A stretch of DNA of 64,000 nt from a virus: positions 1 through 64,000 of the IMG/VR virus record IMGVR_UViG_3300047470_000295. One strand, given 5' to 3'. Below are positions 41,888-51,358 of the stretch, in pieces (positions within the stretch are counted from its first letter, which is position 1; each line of letters begins with the position of its first letter). The notes beneath the pieces are model-generated. The model was not told where the DNA came from. It made no database searches and saw nothing but the letters and a program-made list of their open reading frames with translations. The translations under genes and the position numbers were made by a program.

Positions 41888-42465
41888 CCACCACCGAGCA
41901 CGACGCCTGGCGGGCCGAGGCCCGAGCCGAAGCCGTCGCCAACCGCCTCCAGACCTTCCTCGACCGCCGGCCCGCCGCCTTCAACGAGCCCGGCACCCTG
42001 CGGCGCGATGTCCACGCCTGGATGGACGGCTACCTCGACGGCCGCCACGGATCGCTCATCCTCACCGGCGAGATCGGCACCACGAAGACGTGGCACCTGT
42101 GGAAGCTCAACGAGACCCTCATCCGCCGCGGCTGGCGCGGTCTGTTCCGCATCGCCACCACCTACGACGTCAAGGTCGCCACCGACCGGCCCGTCGACCA
42201 CGAGGCCCTCACCAGGTGGCGCGAGGCCGACCTGTACGCCATCGACGACCTCGGCGCCCGCGCCGTCAACGACTGGACGGCCGACGCCATCAGCGAGCTC
42301 ATCGACAGCCGCTGGCAGAACCGCCGGCCGACGGTCATCGCCACGAACCTGACCACCGCCGAACTCCGCAACGTCCTCGGCGACCGCGCCGCCTCCCGCA
42401 TCGGTGACGGCGCCACCGTGGCCCGCTTCACCGGAGACGACCGCAGGAAAGGCGGCACTCAGTGA
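41884..42465 (+). CDS. DnaC/IstB-like AAA+ helicase loader
   Basis: 193 aa. Walker A LILTGEIGTTKT, Walker B LYAIDDLG, and ATGA overlap with the upstream gene. Confidence 0.6.
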   Translation: MTTTEHDAWRAEARAEAVANRLQTFLDRRPAAFNEPGTLRRDVHAWMDGYLDGRHGSLILTGEIGTTKTWHLWKLNETLIRRGWRGLFRIATTYDVKVATDRPVDHEALTRWREADLYAIDDLGARAVNDWTADAISELIDSRWQNRRPTVIATNLTTAELRNVLGDRAASRIGDGATVARFTGDDRRKGGTQ

Positions 42466-43820
42466 CCCACGACGACTTCGAGGCCGAGCAGCGCGACACG
42501 CTCCCCCCGCACGACCTGGACGCCGAGATGGCCACCCTCGCCGCGATGCTCCTGTCGCGTGACGCGATCGCCGACGTCACCGAGATCATCAAGAACCCGG
42601 CCGACTTCTACCGGCCCGCCCACCAGACGATCTTCAGCGCGATCGTGGCCCGCTACCTCGACGGCACGCCCGTCGACCCGATCGTCCTCGCCGACGACCT
42701 CGCCAAGACCGGCGACGTCACCCGAGTCGGCGGCGCCGCCTACCTGCACCACCTCGTCCAGCAGGTCCCGAGCGCTTCCACCGGCGAGTACTACGCCGGG
42801 ATCGTCCGCGAGAAGGCCGTCCTGCGGAACCTCCAGTCGGCGTGCAACCGCACCCTCCACGTCATCGCCGACGGCACCGCCGAGACCGGCGAACTCCTCG
42901 ACGACCTGCGCGCCGAAGTCGACGGCATCGTCGACGACACCGCCCACGGCGACGAGGACACCCTCATCGGCGCCGACGGCGAAGACTTCCTGGAGCAGCT
43001 GGAGCACCTGCAGAAGAACGGGCCGGCCCGCGGCGTGAAGACCGGGTTCACGGACTTCGACACCCTCACCAACGGCCTGCAGCCCGGCCAGCTCATCGTC
43101 ATCGCGGCCCGGCCCGCGATCGGCAAGTCGACACTCGGCACCGACATCGTCCGCCACGCGACGATCGTCGAAGGCCTCCCGGCGGTGTTCTTCAGCCTGG
43201 AGATGTCCCGCACCGAACTGAAGATGAAGATCGCCTCCGCTCAGGCCCGCGTCGCCCTGCACCACCTGCAGAGCCAGAACGGCATGACCGACGACGACTG
43301 GACGCGCCTCGCCAAGGCCTGGCCGATGATCAACGCGGCGCCCCTCGACATCGTCGACGACGCCGGCCTGACCCTGACGAAGATCCGCTCGCACTGCCGC
43401 CGCATCAAGCGCAAGCGGGACCTGCGCCTCGTCGTCATCGACTACCTCCAGCTCATGGAGGGCGAGATGACCGGCCGCAGCGAGAACCGTCAGCAGGAAG
43501 TCGCGAAGATCAGCCGCAGCCTGAAGAAGCTCGCCGCCGAACTCCAGGTCCCCGTGATCGCCATGTCGCAGCTCAACCGCGGCGCCGAACAGCGCACCGA
43601 CAAGAAGCCCCTGCTGTCCGACCTGCGCGAGTCCGGAGCGATCGAGCAGGACGCCAACATGGTGATCCTTCTGCACCGCGAGGACGCATACGACCGCGAA
43701 AGCCCCCGCGCCGGCGAGGCCGACTTCATCGTCGCCAAGAACCGCGGCGGCCCCACCGCGACGATCACGACCGCGTTCCAGGGCCACTACAGCCGCTTCG
43801 TCGACATGGCGCAGACATGA
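42462..43820 (+). CDS. dnaB: replicative DNA helicase DnaB
   Basis: 452 aa. PPHDLDAEMATLAAML N-terminus, Walker A AARPAIGKST, VVIDYLQLM, QVPVIAMSQLNR and IVAKNRGGPT. Confidence 0.9.
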   Translation: MTHDDFEAEQRDTLPPHDLDAEMATLAAMLLSRDAIADVTEIIKNPADFYRPAHQTIFSAIVARYLDGTPVDPIVLADDLAKTGDVTRVGGAAYLHHLVQQVPSASTGEYYAGIVREKAVLRNLQSACNRTLHVIADGTAETGELLDDLRAEVDGIVDDTAHGDEDTLIGADGEDFLEQLEHLQKNGPARGVKTGFTDFDTLTNGLQPGQLIVIAARPAIGKSTLGTDIVRHATIVEGLPAVFFSLEMSRTELKMKIASAQARVALHHLQSQNGMTDDDWTRLAKAWPMINAAPLDIVDDAGLTLTKIRSHCRRIKRKRDLRLVVIDYLQLMEGEMTGRSENRQQEVAKISRSLKKLAAELQVPVIAMSQLNRGAEQRTDKKPLLSDLRESGAIEQDANMVILLHREDAYDRESPRAGEADFIVAKNRGGPTATITTAFQGHYSRFVDMAQT

Positions 43821-44011
43821 CCGACTCCTGCCCCAGCTGCTGCCGCCGCGGCATAGCGGCGGCCGCCGAGAAGCGCCGCGGCGACGCGATCGTCCACGGC
43901 TACCAGTGCCCTGGTTGCGGACACCGCTGGGCCACCAGCCGACTCCTGTCGGCCTACTCCGAAGTCCACCGCGCCGCCGAGCGCCGCCGCCAGCAGGGAG
44001 AAGCCGCATGA
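43817..44011 (+). CDS. small zinc-ribbon protein
   Basis: 64 aa with CPSCC...CPGC. Confidence 0.4.
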   Translation: MTDSCPSCCRRGIAAAAEKRRGDAIVHGYQCPGCGHRWATSRLLSAYSEVHRAAERRRQQGEAA

Positions 44012-45603
44012 CGTACCGCCACGATGACGAACTCACGCTGATGGACTGGTTCTGCGGGGCCGGCGGATCCTCCCAGGGCGTCCACGCTGTGCCTGGCGTG
44101 CGGGTCGAGCGGGCCGCGAACCACTGGAAGCTCGCCATCGAGTCCCACGCCGCGAACTTCCCCACCACCAGCCACTACCAGGGCGACATCCGCAAAGCGC
44201 CCGTCTGGGACTGGCCCGTCACCGACATCTTCTGGGCCTCGCCGGAGTGCACGAACTGGTCCGTGGCCAAGGGCAAGAAGCGGGACTTCACCAACGCGAT
44301 GCAGGGCAGTCTCCTCGACCTGCTTGCCGCGCAGGATGAGGACGATGAGCCGTCTGCGGAGGAAGAGTCCCGGGCGTTGATGGAGGAAGTGCCGCTGTAC
44401 CTGCGCGGCGTCCAGGAGCGCGGCGGCCTCGTCAAGGCGGGGATCGTCGAGAACGTCACCGACGTCCGCGCCTGGGATCAGTGGGACCGCTGGATCGGCG
44501 AGATCCACAAGCTCGGCTACCGGACGCGGATCATCGCCCTGAACTCGATGCACGCGAACCCGCGCACCGTTCACGCGGCGCCGCAGTCCCGCGACCGGCT
44601 GTACGTCGGCTACTGGCACGAGAGCCTGGGCCGGACCCCGGACTGGGACAAGTGGCTGCGCCCGCGCGCCTGGTGCTCCGGCTGCGACGCCTACGTGCAG
44701 GCCATGCAAGTCTTCAAGACTCCGGGCCGCGACATGGGCCGCTACCGCAGCCAGTACGTCTACCGGTGCCCGAACACCCGCTGCCGCTACCAGATCGTCG
44801 AGCCGGAAGCGCTGCCCGCCGCCGCGGCGATCGACTGGGCCATCCCCGGGCAGCGCATCGGCGACCGGGCCAAGCCCCTCGCCGACAAGACCCTCGCCCG
44901 CATCGAAGCCGGACTGAAGAAGTTCGCCCGCCCGGTACCGATGATGGTCCCCGCGGGTGGAACGTGGCGGGAGGCGGCCGTCTCGGTCGGCGAGCCGATG
45001 CCGGCGCGGACCACCCGCGAGAACGACGCGCTGATGGTGCCGCCGCTGATGGTCCCGGTCGAGGGCCGCGACGGAAAGAGCGCCGCGTCCGCGCACAACC
45101 CGCTGCGCGCCATGACGACCCGCAACGAGACCGGACTCGCCTGGCTGCCGTTCATCGCCGAACTCCGCGGCGGCGGATCCATCGCCCGTTCCGTGTCCGA
45201 GTCCCTCGCCACCGTCACCGCGTCGGGCAACCACCACGGTCTCGTCGCCCCGGCCGGCACGTCCGAGCACATGCTGATCCCGTACTACGGCAACGGCGCC
45301 CCGCGATCCGTGAGCGACCCGATCGGCGCGCTCACCACCCGCGACCGGTACGCCCTCATCCGCGGCGAAGTCGACATCGACGACGTCCTGTTCCGGATGC
45401 TCGAACCCCACGAGATCGGCCGGGCGATGAGCTTCGCCGACGAGTACGTGGTCCTCGGCAACAAGCGGGAGAAGGTCCGCCAGTACGGCAACGCCGTCAC
45501 CCCGAACGCCGCCGAAATCCTCGTCTGCGCCCTCGTCGAAGCCGTCACCGGCGTCGAACTCTCCCGCCACGAGGACACGCCCACTGCCGCACTAGCCGCC
45601 TGA
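44008..45603 (+). CDS. DNA (cytosine-5)-methyltransferase, orphan, with acidic insert and long Cys-containing target-recognition region
   Basis: 531 aa. Motif I DWFCGAGGSSQG, motif IV SPECTNWS, motif VI VENV, QSRDR and motif X QYGNAV. No adjacent endonuclease. Confidence 0.85.
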   Translation: MTYRHDDELTLMDWFCGAGGSSQGVHAVPGVRVERAANHWKLAIESHAANFPTTSHYQGDIRKAPVWDWPVTDIFWASPECTNWSVAKGKKRDFTNAMQGSLLDLLAAQDEDDEPSAEEESRALMEEVPLYLRGVQERGGLVKAGIVENVTDVRAWDQWDRWIGEIHKLGYRTRIIALNSMHANPRTVHAAPQSRDRLYVGYWHESLGRTPDWDKWLRPRAWCSGCDAYVQAMQVFKTPGRDMGRYRSQYVYRCPNTRCRYQIVEPEALPAAAAIDWAIPGQRIGDRAKPLADKTLARIEAGLKKFARPVPMMVPAGGTWREAAVSVGEPMPARTTRENDALMVPPLMVPVEGRDGKSAASAHNPLRAMTTRNETGLAWLPFIAELRGGGSIARSVSESLATVTASGNHHGLVAPAGTSEHMLIPYYGNGAPRSVSDPIGALTTRDRYALIRGEVDIDDVLFRMLEPHEIGRAMSFADEYVVLGNKREKVRQYGNAVTPNAAEILVCALVEAVTGVELSRHEDTPTAALAA

Positions 45604-45686
45604 CCTGCCCGAATACCCGCAGGAGGGACCGGTTGATGCCGGAACCCGGCGCGGGAAACCCGAGAAACCCACCGGAAGGACACGAA

Positions 45687-45965
45687 ATGACCGACTACCG
45701 CGTGGAGTTCGGCCCGGACTGGCCCGTCCCGCCGATCACCGTCGACTTCACCGACCGGGGTGCCGCGATCAATGCGGTGACCGAGCACGCACTCCCGCAC
45801 CTGCGGACAGCGCTCGCCGAGAAGGGTCGCCCCGAACTCGCCGACTGCTTCTTCCGCACCGACCGCGAGCTCACCGAGGGCTCGTTCATGTGGATCAACC
45901 TCGCCGAAGGAGTCAGCGCCCTGTTCTGCCCGGCTCGCCTGACCGCCGAGGGGGCGCAGCGATGA
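45687..45965 (+). CDS. hypothetical protein
   Basis: 92 aa from the ATG at 45687. Confidence 0.4.
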   Translation: MTDYRVEFGPDWPVPPITVDFTDRGAAINAVTEHALPHLRTALAEKGRPELADCFFRTDRELTEGSFMWINLAEGVSALFCPARLTAEGAQR

Positions 45966-46249
45966 CCGCACAGACCGAGACCGCGCGCCTGACCGACGAG
46001 CTCCGAGCCGCCGCCGAAGGACTGCGCGACCTCGCCCGAGACGAGATCGCCCGCTCCGACGACCCGCTGACCGTGTTCCGCAACCTGTATGCCGCCGTTG
46101 ACGCGCTTCGTGACGCGTGGCCTGCCCTATCCGAGGCTGCCGGGTTCGAGGACTTCTTCGATCGGGCCGACATCCCGTTCGTCGACACCATCCCGCAGGC
46201 ACTCAAGGCGGCAGCTGACGGGCTGTGGGCCGCGCAAGACGCGATCTGA
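45962..46249 (+). CDS. hypothetical protein
   Basis: 95 aa, ATGA overlap with the upstream gene. Confidence 0.4.
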   Translation: MTAQTETARLTDELRAAAEGLRDLARDEIARSDDPLTVFRNLYAAVDALRDAWPALSEAAGFEDFFDRADIPFVDTIPQALKAAADGLWAAQDAI

Positions 46250-46341
46250 CCGCCCACCCCGTGATCTCCCGCAGCCCGGCCGCCCCTGCACCAATCAGGG
46301 GCGGCCGGCCCTCCGATTCTCTCGCACCCCTGGAGCAACCA

Positions 46342-47334
46342 ATGACCGACGATCTGCCCGCCCGCCTCGAAGCCGCCCTCACGGAACGCTTCACCGAACT
46401 CGGCAACCCATTCTCCGCGATGCGCCGCCACGAGCAGGGCCCTGACGGCTGGCCCGCCTCGCACCCGGTGGGCCCGCACCAGGTAGCCGAGGTGCTGCGC
46501 GAGCTGATCGGTCGGACGGCGGTGGACGGGCCGCGTCTGCCGAACCACACGGTCAACGAGGAAGAGACGCCGGACGCCTGTCACCCCGACGAGTCCATCG
46601 CTGGGTTGCGGCGGCCCGCCCCCCGCGACCGCCACCGCTCCGCCTGGAAGGCACTCACTCCCCAGCAGCAGGCCGCCTACCTTGCCCAGCTCGACAACGA
46701 CAAGGCGCAGCAGAAGCCATGCGCCGAGTGTGATCACCCCAAGGCCGTACACAGCGAGGGTGAGGATCCCGTCAGCCCTGGCCGATGCACGACCTGCCCA
46801 GACAGCGGCGAGGAATGGCACGACTACCAGGCCGCCGAGGCGTCCGCGCCCGCCGACCGCTGCCCGCACGGCTGCAACGTCAGCGTCTGCCCCTGCCTCG
46901 AATGCGAGGCCGAGCAGTCTGCCGCCAACTGGGCCGCGATCCTCCAGCAGGAGGCCGACCGGATCCGCGCCCACTGCCCGGACCACCTCGACAGCGACAG
47001 CCAGCCCGGCTCGTGGATGGTCTGCCACTGCGACGTCGCCGACGACATGCTGCGCCGCCTGGCCGACGCCGCGTCCGGTCCAGGCCGGGCGGACGGCGAG
47101 ACACAGCAGGACGAGACGCCGCGGCCGTGCGTGTGCAGCCACCCGGCCGACGAGCACAGCGTCTACGGCTGCACCGAGGGCTGCGGCTGCGAGTGGATGC
47201 CCAAGCGGCGTCCGGCGATGGACCCGGTCCACATCCTCGGCATCGGATCCGACGAAGACTGCTCGGCGCTGCGTGCCGCTCTCCTCGGTCGCCAGCAGCC
47301 CGCCGCCGTGTCCCAGCCCGGCAAGGAGGCCTGA
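46342..47334 (+). CDS. Cys/His-rich hypothetical protein
   Basis: 330 aa with many CxxC/CxC/HxxC clusters (CAECDHP, CTTCPDSGEEWH, CPHGCNVSVCPCLEC, CHCD, CVCSHPADEH, CTEGCGCEW). Confidence 0.5.
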   Translation: MTDDLPARLEAALTERFTELGNPFSAMRRHEQGPDGWPASHPVGPHQVAEVLRELIGRTAVDGPRLPNHTVNEEETPDACHPDESIAGLRRPAPRDRHRSAWKALTPQQQAAYLAQLDNDKAQQKPCAECDHPKAVHSEGEDPVSPGRCTTCPDSGEEWHDYQAAEASAPADRCPHGCNVSVCPCLECEAEQSAANWAAILQQEADRIRAHCPDHLDSDSQPGSWMVCHCDVADDMLRRLADAASGPGRADGETQQDETPRPCVCSHPADEHSVYGCTEGCGCEWMPKRRPAMDPVHILGIGSDEDCSALRAALLGRQQPAAVSQPGKEA

Positions 47335-47336
47335 CC

Positions 47337-47711
47337 GTGGGTGTCGACTTCTCGCACACGACGGCCCAGTGGGCGTACATCGGCTTCGGTCACTTCCGTC
47401 GGGCCCTGGCACTGTTTGAGGGCATCGACCTCGACGCCATGGCTGGCTTCGGCGGCGACCGGGATTGGTCCACCGTCCACACAGAACTCGCCCCGCTGCT
47501 CGACCACTCGGACTGTGACGGCGAACTAACGCCAGCCCAGTGCCGCCAAGTCGCGCCCCGATTGCGCCAGTTGGTCAACGAACTCTGGCCCGCCGACCGG
47601 GCCGTCTGGGCGATCGACCCTGGGGCCCACCTCAACCGGACAAACGGCCTCGCTCTCGCCGACGGCATGGATGCCGCAGCCGAGACGGGTGAACCGCTCC
47701 AGTTCCGCTGA
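47337..47711 (+). CDS. hypothetical protein
   Basis: 124 aa from the GTG at 47337. Confidence 0.4.
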   Translation: MGVDFSHTTAQWAYIGFGHFRRALALFEGIDLDAMAGFGGDRDWSTVHTELAPLLDHSDCDGELTPAQCRQVAPRLRQLVNELWPADRAVWAIDPGAHLNRTNGLALADGMDAAAETGEPLQFR

Positions 47712-47777
47712 CCCGCCCCGCCGCCCCCGCGTCGTGGGGGCGGCACCCGCACCGCACCACCGCACCTGGAGGAACCC

Positions 47778-47996
47778 GTGACCGTCAACATGCAGGCCAT
47801 CCTCATCGGCCTCTTCTCCGTCAAGCACACCCCCGAGCAGGCCGAGCACGCGGCGAACGAAGTCCTCAGTCAGCACGCCCATGAACTCGCCAAGCAGCAG
47901 CGGGCCTTCGCCGAGGCAGAGGAAGGCGAGCCGGGCTGCTGGCACGACGGGGCTCACGCGATGGCCAACCTCATCGACCCGCAGGCGAAGCGATGA
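47778..47996 (+). CDS. hypothetical protein
   Basis: 72 aa. Confidence 0.35.
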   Translation: MTVNMQAILIGLFSVKHTPEQAEHAANEVLSQHAHELAKQQRAFAEAEEGEPGCWHDGAHAMANLIDPQAKR

Positions 47997-48166
47997 CCGC
48001 CCCGCAGACGCCGGTGTACCTGGACCCGGAGATCGCCGAGATCCTCACCCGCTGCTACCGCGGTGAGCGCAAGCGGGCCGTCATCGCCCGCGCGGTCCGC
48101 ATGCTCGCCACCGCCGACGGCCACCTCGCGCCGAACGGGCGGATCAAGCGCGGGAGGCCGGCGTGA
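47993..48166 (+). CDS. small ribbon-helix-helix-like protein (below the track cutoff)
   Basis: 57 aa hand-translated: MTAPQTPVYLDPEIAEILTRCYRGERKRAVIARAVRMLATADGHLAPNGRIKRGRPA. Overlaps on both sides. Confidence 0.35.
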   Translation: MTAPQTPVYLDPEIAEILTRCYRGERKRAVIARAVRMLATADGHLAPNGRIKRGRPA

Positions 48167-48579
48167 GCCTGCTGTCCGACGTCGAGTTGAAGGTTCTGCG
48201 CGGCACGGCCAATGGCGAGACCTACGCCGAAACGGCCAGCCGGATCTTCATCACCGAGAAGTCCGTGTCGAACGTGGCCACCCGCGTCATGCGGAAGCTC
48301 GACGCCAAGTCCATGCCGCACGCCGTGCACCTCGCCTACCAGGCCGGCCTGTTCCGCCGTGAACGCCACGGCGACCACGCCGGGTTCGCCGCGCACCGCT
48401 ACCGGGACGAGGAGCCATGCGAGGCGTGCTGGGCGGGAGAGCGGGCGTACAGGGCCGAGCAGCGGCAGAAGAGGCGCCAGGAGCCCGCCAGCGGCCATCA
48501 GGGCGCCCCGGAGGCCGCGCGCAGCGGTCGGGACGTCCGAGGCGCTACGAGGGCGGCAGAGGGGCGTACAGCGGCGTGA
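48163..48579 (+). CDS. LuxR/GerE-type HTH regulator with basic Cys-containing tail
   Basis: LSDVELKVLRGTANGETYAETASRIFITEKSVSNVATRVMRKLDA is a classic GerE HTH. Confidence 0.6.
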   Translation: MSLLSDVELKVLRGTANGETYAETASRIFITEKSVSNVATRVMRKLDAKSMPHAVHLAYQAGLFRRERHGDHAGFAAHRYRDEEPCEACWAGERAYRAEQRQKRRQEPASGHQGAPEAARSGRDVRGATRAAEGRTAA

Positions 48580-48680
48580 CAGGCGGCCATGAGAGCGCCC
48601 AGCAGCAGGACGGACCACCCGACCCCCACCCCCAGGCCGAAAGGCCGTCAGAAGCCAACCCAGCCCCCAAGGAGGCAGCA

Positions 48681-48920
48681 ATGGCCACGTACACGCCCCG
48701 CACCATCACCACCACCCGCCGCGAATGGGCCGTCCCCGCCAACAAGCCCTACGGCGCAGCAGCCGCCGAGATCGGCAAAGCCTGGGCCGTCGCCGAACGC
48801 GCCTACCGCGAACAGCACGACCTCGACAAAGACGCCTTCCTCCCCGACAACGCGCTCGTCTTCACCCCCGGCGACGACGAGATCGTCATCAGCTTCACCA
48901 TCGAGGCGGAGGCGGCATGA
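48681..48920 (+). CDS. hypothetical protein
   Basis: 79 aa from the ATG at 48681. Confidence 0.4.
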   Translation: MATYTPRTITTTRREWAVPANKPYGAAAAEIGKAWAVAERAYREQHDLDKDAFLPDNALVFTPGDDEIVISFTIEAEAA

Positions 48921-49522
48921 CCGACCAGCCCGAACCCGAAGACACCTGCCGAACCGTCGAGATCGGCGGGGAGACGATCCGCGTCCGCGGCGCCGCCGAG
49001 CTCACCGACGAAGGCCGTGAAGCGCTCGCCGAGGTTGTCGGTGCAGCCCGCCGAAAGTTGGCCGCCGAACCGCCGCGCGTCCGCCAGCAGTTGCAAGCCG
49101 TCGCCTTTAACGCTGTCCTTCCCGCGCTGGAGAAGCACGGCGAATGGCTGCGGCTCACCGCCCGCCGCACCATCGCCAACGCCGTCCTGGAAGCCATCGA
49201 AGGCCAGCTGGACATCGGAGAGGCGGAGGCCTGGTGCAAGACCTGCCGCCGCGTCTGGGGCGGACCCCGGCACCGGTGCGAATCGGATGCCGAGCAGGCC
49301 CTCGCCCGGGTCGTCGCCGCACTCCCGCCGTACAGCCTGCCGACCCACGGCGACCGCAGCGAAGGCGTGCAGATGGGCTGGGACCTCGCCCGTCAGACCG
49401 TCCTCGACGCCATCGAACAGTCAGCAGCGCCCGAACAGGCCGACGGCGGGCCGACCGTCGCCGAATGCCGCGACGCAGACCGCGTCCACGGGAACGACGA
49501 ACACGCCGAGGAGCAGTCGTGA
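48917..49522 (+). CDS. hypothetical protein
   Basis: 201 aa, ATGA overlap with the upstream gene. Confidence 0.4.
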   Translation: MTDQPEPEDTCRTVEIGGETIRVRGAAELTDEGREALAEVVGAARRKLAAEPPRVRQQLQAVAFNAVLPALEKHGEWLRLTARRTIANAVLEAIEGQLDIGEAEAWCKTCRRVWGGPRHRCESDAEQALARVVAALPPYSLPTHGDRSEGVQMGWDLARQTVLDAIEQSAAPEQADGGPTVAECRDADRVHGNDEHAEEQS

Positions 49523-49962
49523 CCGCAGCCCGATTCGCCGTCGCCTACGCAGCCCTGACCGCCGCCCACGAAGTCGGCGATCACTGGGTGCAGACAGACC
49601 GGCTGGCCATGGCCAAGGGGAAGGCGGCCGGCGCCCTGGCCTGCGCCGAACACGTCGCCACGTACACCGCCACGCAGGCCGTCGCCCTCGCCGTCGTCCA
49701 GCGCGCCACCGGGATGCGCCTGTCCTGGCGCCGCGCCGCCCTCGGCCTCGCCGTGTCCGCGGCCACGCACTACGTCGCCGACCGGCAAGGCGGCCACTGG
49801 CGCGACGAGCAGCCCCGCGGCGTGGTCCGCCTCGCCGCAGCCACCGGGCACGCCGGCTGGTTGCAGCGGGACCCGAACGCGGGCTACCTGATGGATCAGG
49901 CCTGGCACAAGGGATGGATCTTCGTGGCCGCGCTCGTGGCAGCTGGAGGGGAGCAGGCGTGA
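49519..49962 (+). CDS. DUF3307-like membrane protein
   Basis: AHEVGDHWVQTDRLAMAKGK motif (H..GD...Q), 147 aa. Confidence 0.5.
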   Translation: MTAARFAVAYAALTAAHEVGDHWVQTDRLAMAKGKAAGALACAEHVATYTATQAVALAVVQRATGMRLSWRRAALGLAVSAATHYVADRQGGHWRDEQPRGVVRLAAATGHAGWLQRDPNAGYLMDQAWHKGWIFVAALVAAGGEQA

Positions 49963-50111
49963 CCAGCGCCGACGACATCCTCGACCGGATAGGACCGTCA
50001 TCGAATCCGGGGGATCATGAGACGTTCACTCCGGAGATCGACCGCAGCCTCGCGGCCCGCCTGGACGACGAAGAGGTAGTCATGTCGGGCCCCGTCCTAG
50101 ACGGGTGGTGA
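49959..50111 (+). CDS. small hypothetical protein (last gene of the plus-strand early run)
   Basis: 50 aa, GTGA overlap with the upstream gene. Confidence 0.3.
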   Translation: MTSADDILDRIGPSSNPGDHETFTPEIDRSLAARLDDEEVVMSGPVLDGW

Positions 50112-50370
50112 CCGGCCCGCCTGGCAGTCGAAGTACGGGCCAGCCCGACGGAGACGGTGAACGCCCGCCTACTCCTCTGGGGGCGTCGGCTTCTCGTTGA
50201 GCGGCAGGCCGAGAGCCGTGTTGATCGCCTGCCGCCGCTTCGAGACCTCGCCAGGCTTGCGCGGCGGCACGGTCCGCTCCGCTCGAATCGCTGCGAACGA
50301 GGGCGGTTCCAATTCATCCTCAGGGGCCATGCCGGAACAACGGCTCCCACCAGCTGGCAGTCACGCAGAT

Positions 50371-50397
50371 GCCCCGTCCGGGTGGCCCGGACGGGGC
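50371..50397. terminator. strong hairpin terminator (12-bp perfect stem)
   Basis: GCCCCGTCCGGG-tgg-CCCGGACGGGGC, 13 nt downstream of the 223-aa minus-strand gene. Confidence 0.65.
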
Positions 50398-50409
50398 GTT
50401 GCTTCGGAC

Positions 50410-51081
50410 CTAGGCCTTCTCGGTGGTGCGGTGCTGCGAGATGAAATAGTCGACCGTCGCCGGGTCTCTCCGCATTGCGGCCAGCAGCTGCTTCTTTCGG
50501 AACTGCTCCCGGCCAGTCTCCAGGATCTTTTCGTAGCCGTCGCGGGCTTGAACGATCCGCTCGACGGCCAGGAATTCGATGACGTCTTCCAGGCATGGGC
50601 GGAACCGTTTGCCGCCGACCGGGAAGTGAAGCGCCGCGAGGGAGCGGCCCGTGTCCGTCTTCGGGTCGTTCAGTGACTCGAAGAACCCTGACGACGCCTC
50701 GACTTGCAGGTGGGCGTCCGGGTAGCCGTCAGCCTTGTCCCGCTCGTAGTCGTAGTGGAACAGGCCGTGCTTGGCGTCCTTCGACCCGAACACGCCGACG
50801 AACGACTTGTGGACCATGAGATGTTCGCGCTCGATGTCGAGGCGTAGCTGGAAGCTGACGTCCATCCATAGCTCAACCTTCGGCGCCCGCGGCTTCAACT
50901 GAAAGCGTTCCGCTGTCAGTAACCGTTTATCGAGCAGGTGTCCAAGCATGAAAAGGCGGTCGTCACCCACCTGGAGTGCGACCGCCTTTATTTGCACGTG
51001 ACTGGCGATGGTGCCGTTCAGGAGAGCCTGGATCTCCTTGGTGAATCTGATCGTCTGATTGAGGAGCTTGTCAGAGATCAA
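50410..51081 (-). CDS. 223-aa protein of unknown function (lower-GC cassette, downstream gene)
   Basis: Uninterrupted ORF in a visibly AT-richer segment with a TTG start. No motif recognised apart from the conspicuous LFHYDYERDKADGYPDAHLQVE. Confidence 0.6.
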   Translation of the reverse strand: MISDKLLNQTIRFTKEIQALLNGTIASHVQIKAVALQVGDDRLFMLGHLLDKRLLTAERFQLKPRAPKVELWMDVSFQLRLDIEREHLMVHKSFVGVFGSKDAKHGLFHYDYERDKADGYPDAHLQVEASSGFFESLNDPKTDTGRSLAALHFPVGGKRFRPCLEDVIEFLAVERIVQARDGYEKILETGREQFRKKQLLAAMRRDPATVDYFISQHRTTEKA

Positions 51082-51280
51082 GTGCGCCGCCGATGGACAC
51101 CCACAGTGATTGCGCCTGGGCCGAGGTGAACTCCCGCCGGCGGGCCATGTCGCGTAGCTGCGCGTAGGTCAGGCCGAGCCGGTCGAGGGCCGCGTAAGCA
51201 GCCTCCCGGAACTCTTCCTGCGTGACTTCGGTGATGACGTCGTCGTCGTGGTCAGCGTGTCGCTGTTCCTGAATGGTCAT
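51071..51280 (-). CDS. 69-aa protein of unknown function (lower-GC cassette, upstream gene)
   Basis: MTIQEQRHADHDDDVITEVTQEEFREAAYAALDRLGLTYAQLRDMARRREFTSAQAQSLWVSIGGALDL. ATG after GGGGGGTAGGGG, and the 3' end overlaps the 223-aa gene by 11 nt. Confidence 0.5.
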   Translation of the reverse strand: MTIQEQRHADHDDDVITEVTQEEFREAAYAALDRLGLTYAQLRDMARRREFTSAQAQSLWVSIGGALDL

Positions 51281-51344
51281 CCGAATCGCCCCTACCCCCC
51301 AGTAGCTTCTCGATGACAGTAGTGTCCCCCAAGGGTCTGACACT

Positions 51345-51358
51345 GTGACCCGGGTCAC
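51345..51358. promoter_or_regulatory. perfect 14-bp palindrome GTGACCCGGGTCAC upstream of the cassette
   Basis: Lies 65 nt upstream of the 69-aa gene start, flanked by GACAC...GTGTC. Confidence 0.4.

Noticed and set aside
50169-50330. 53-aa minus-strand ORF (MAPEDELEPPSFAAIRAERTVPPRKPGEVSKRRQAINTALGLPLNEKPTPPEE) downstream of the cassette terminator
   Set aside because: It has no clear ribosome-binding site or motif and lies after a strong terminator. I kept it only as a note because the 300-bp gap is otherwise unexplained.
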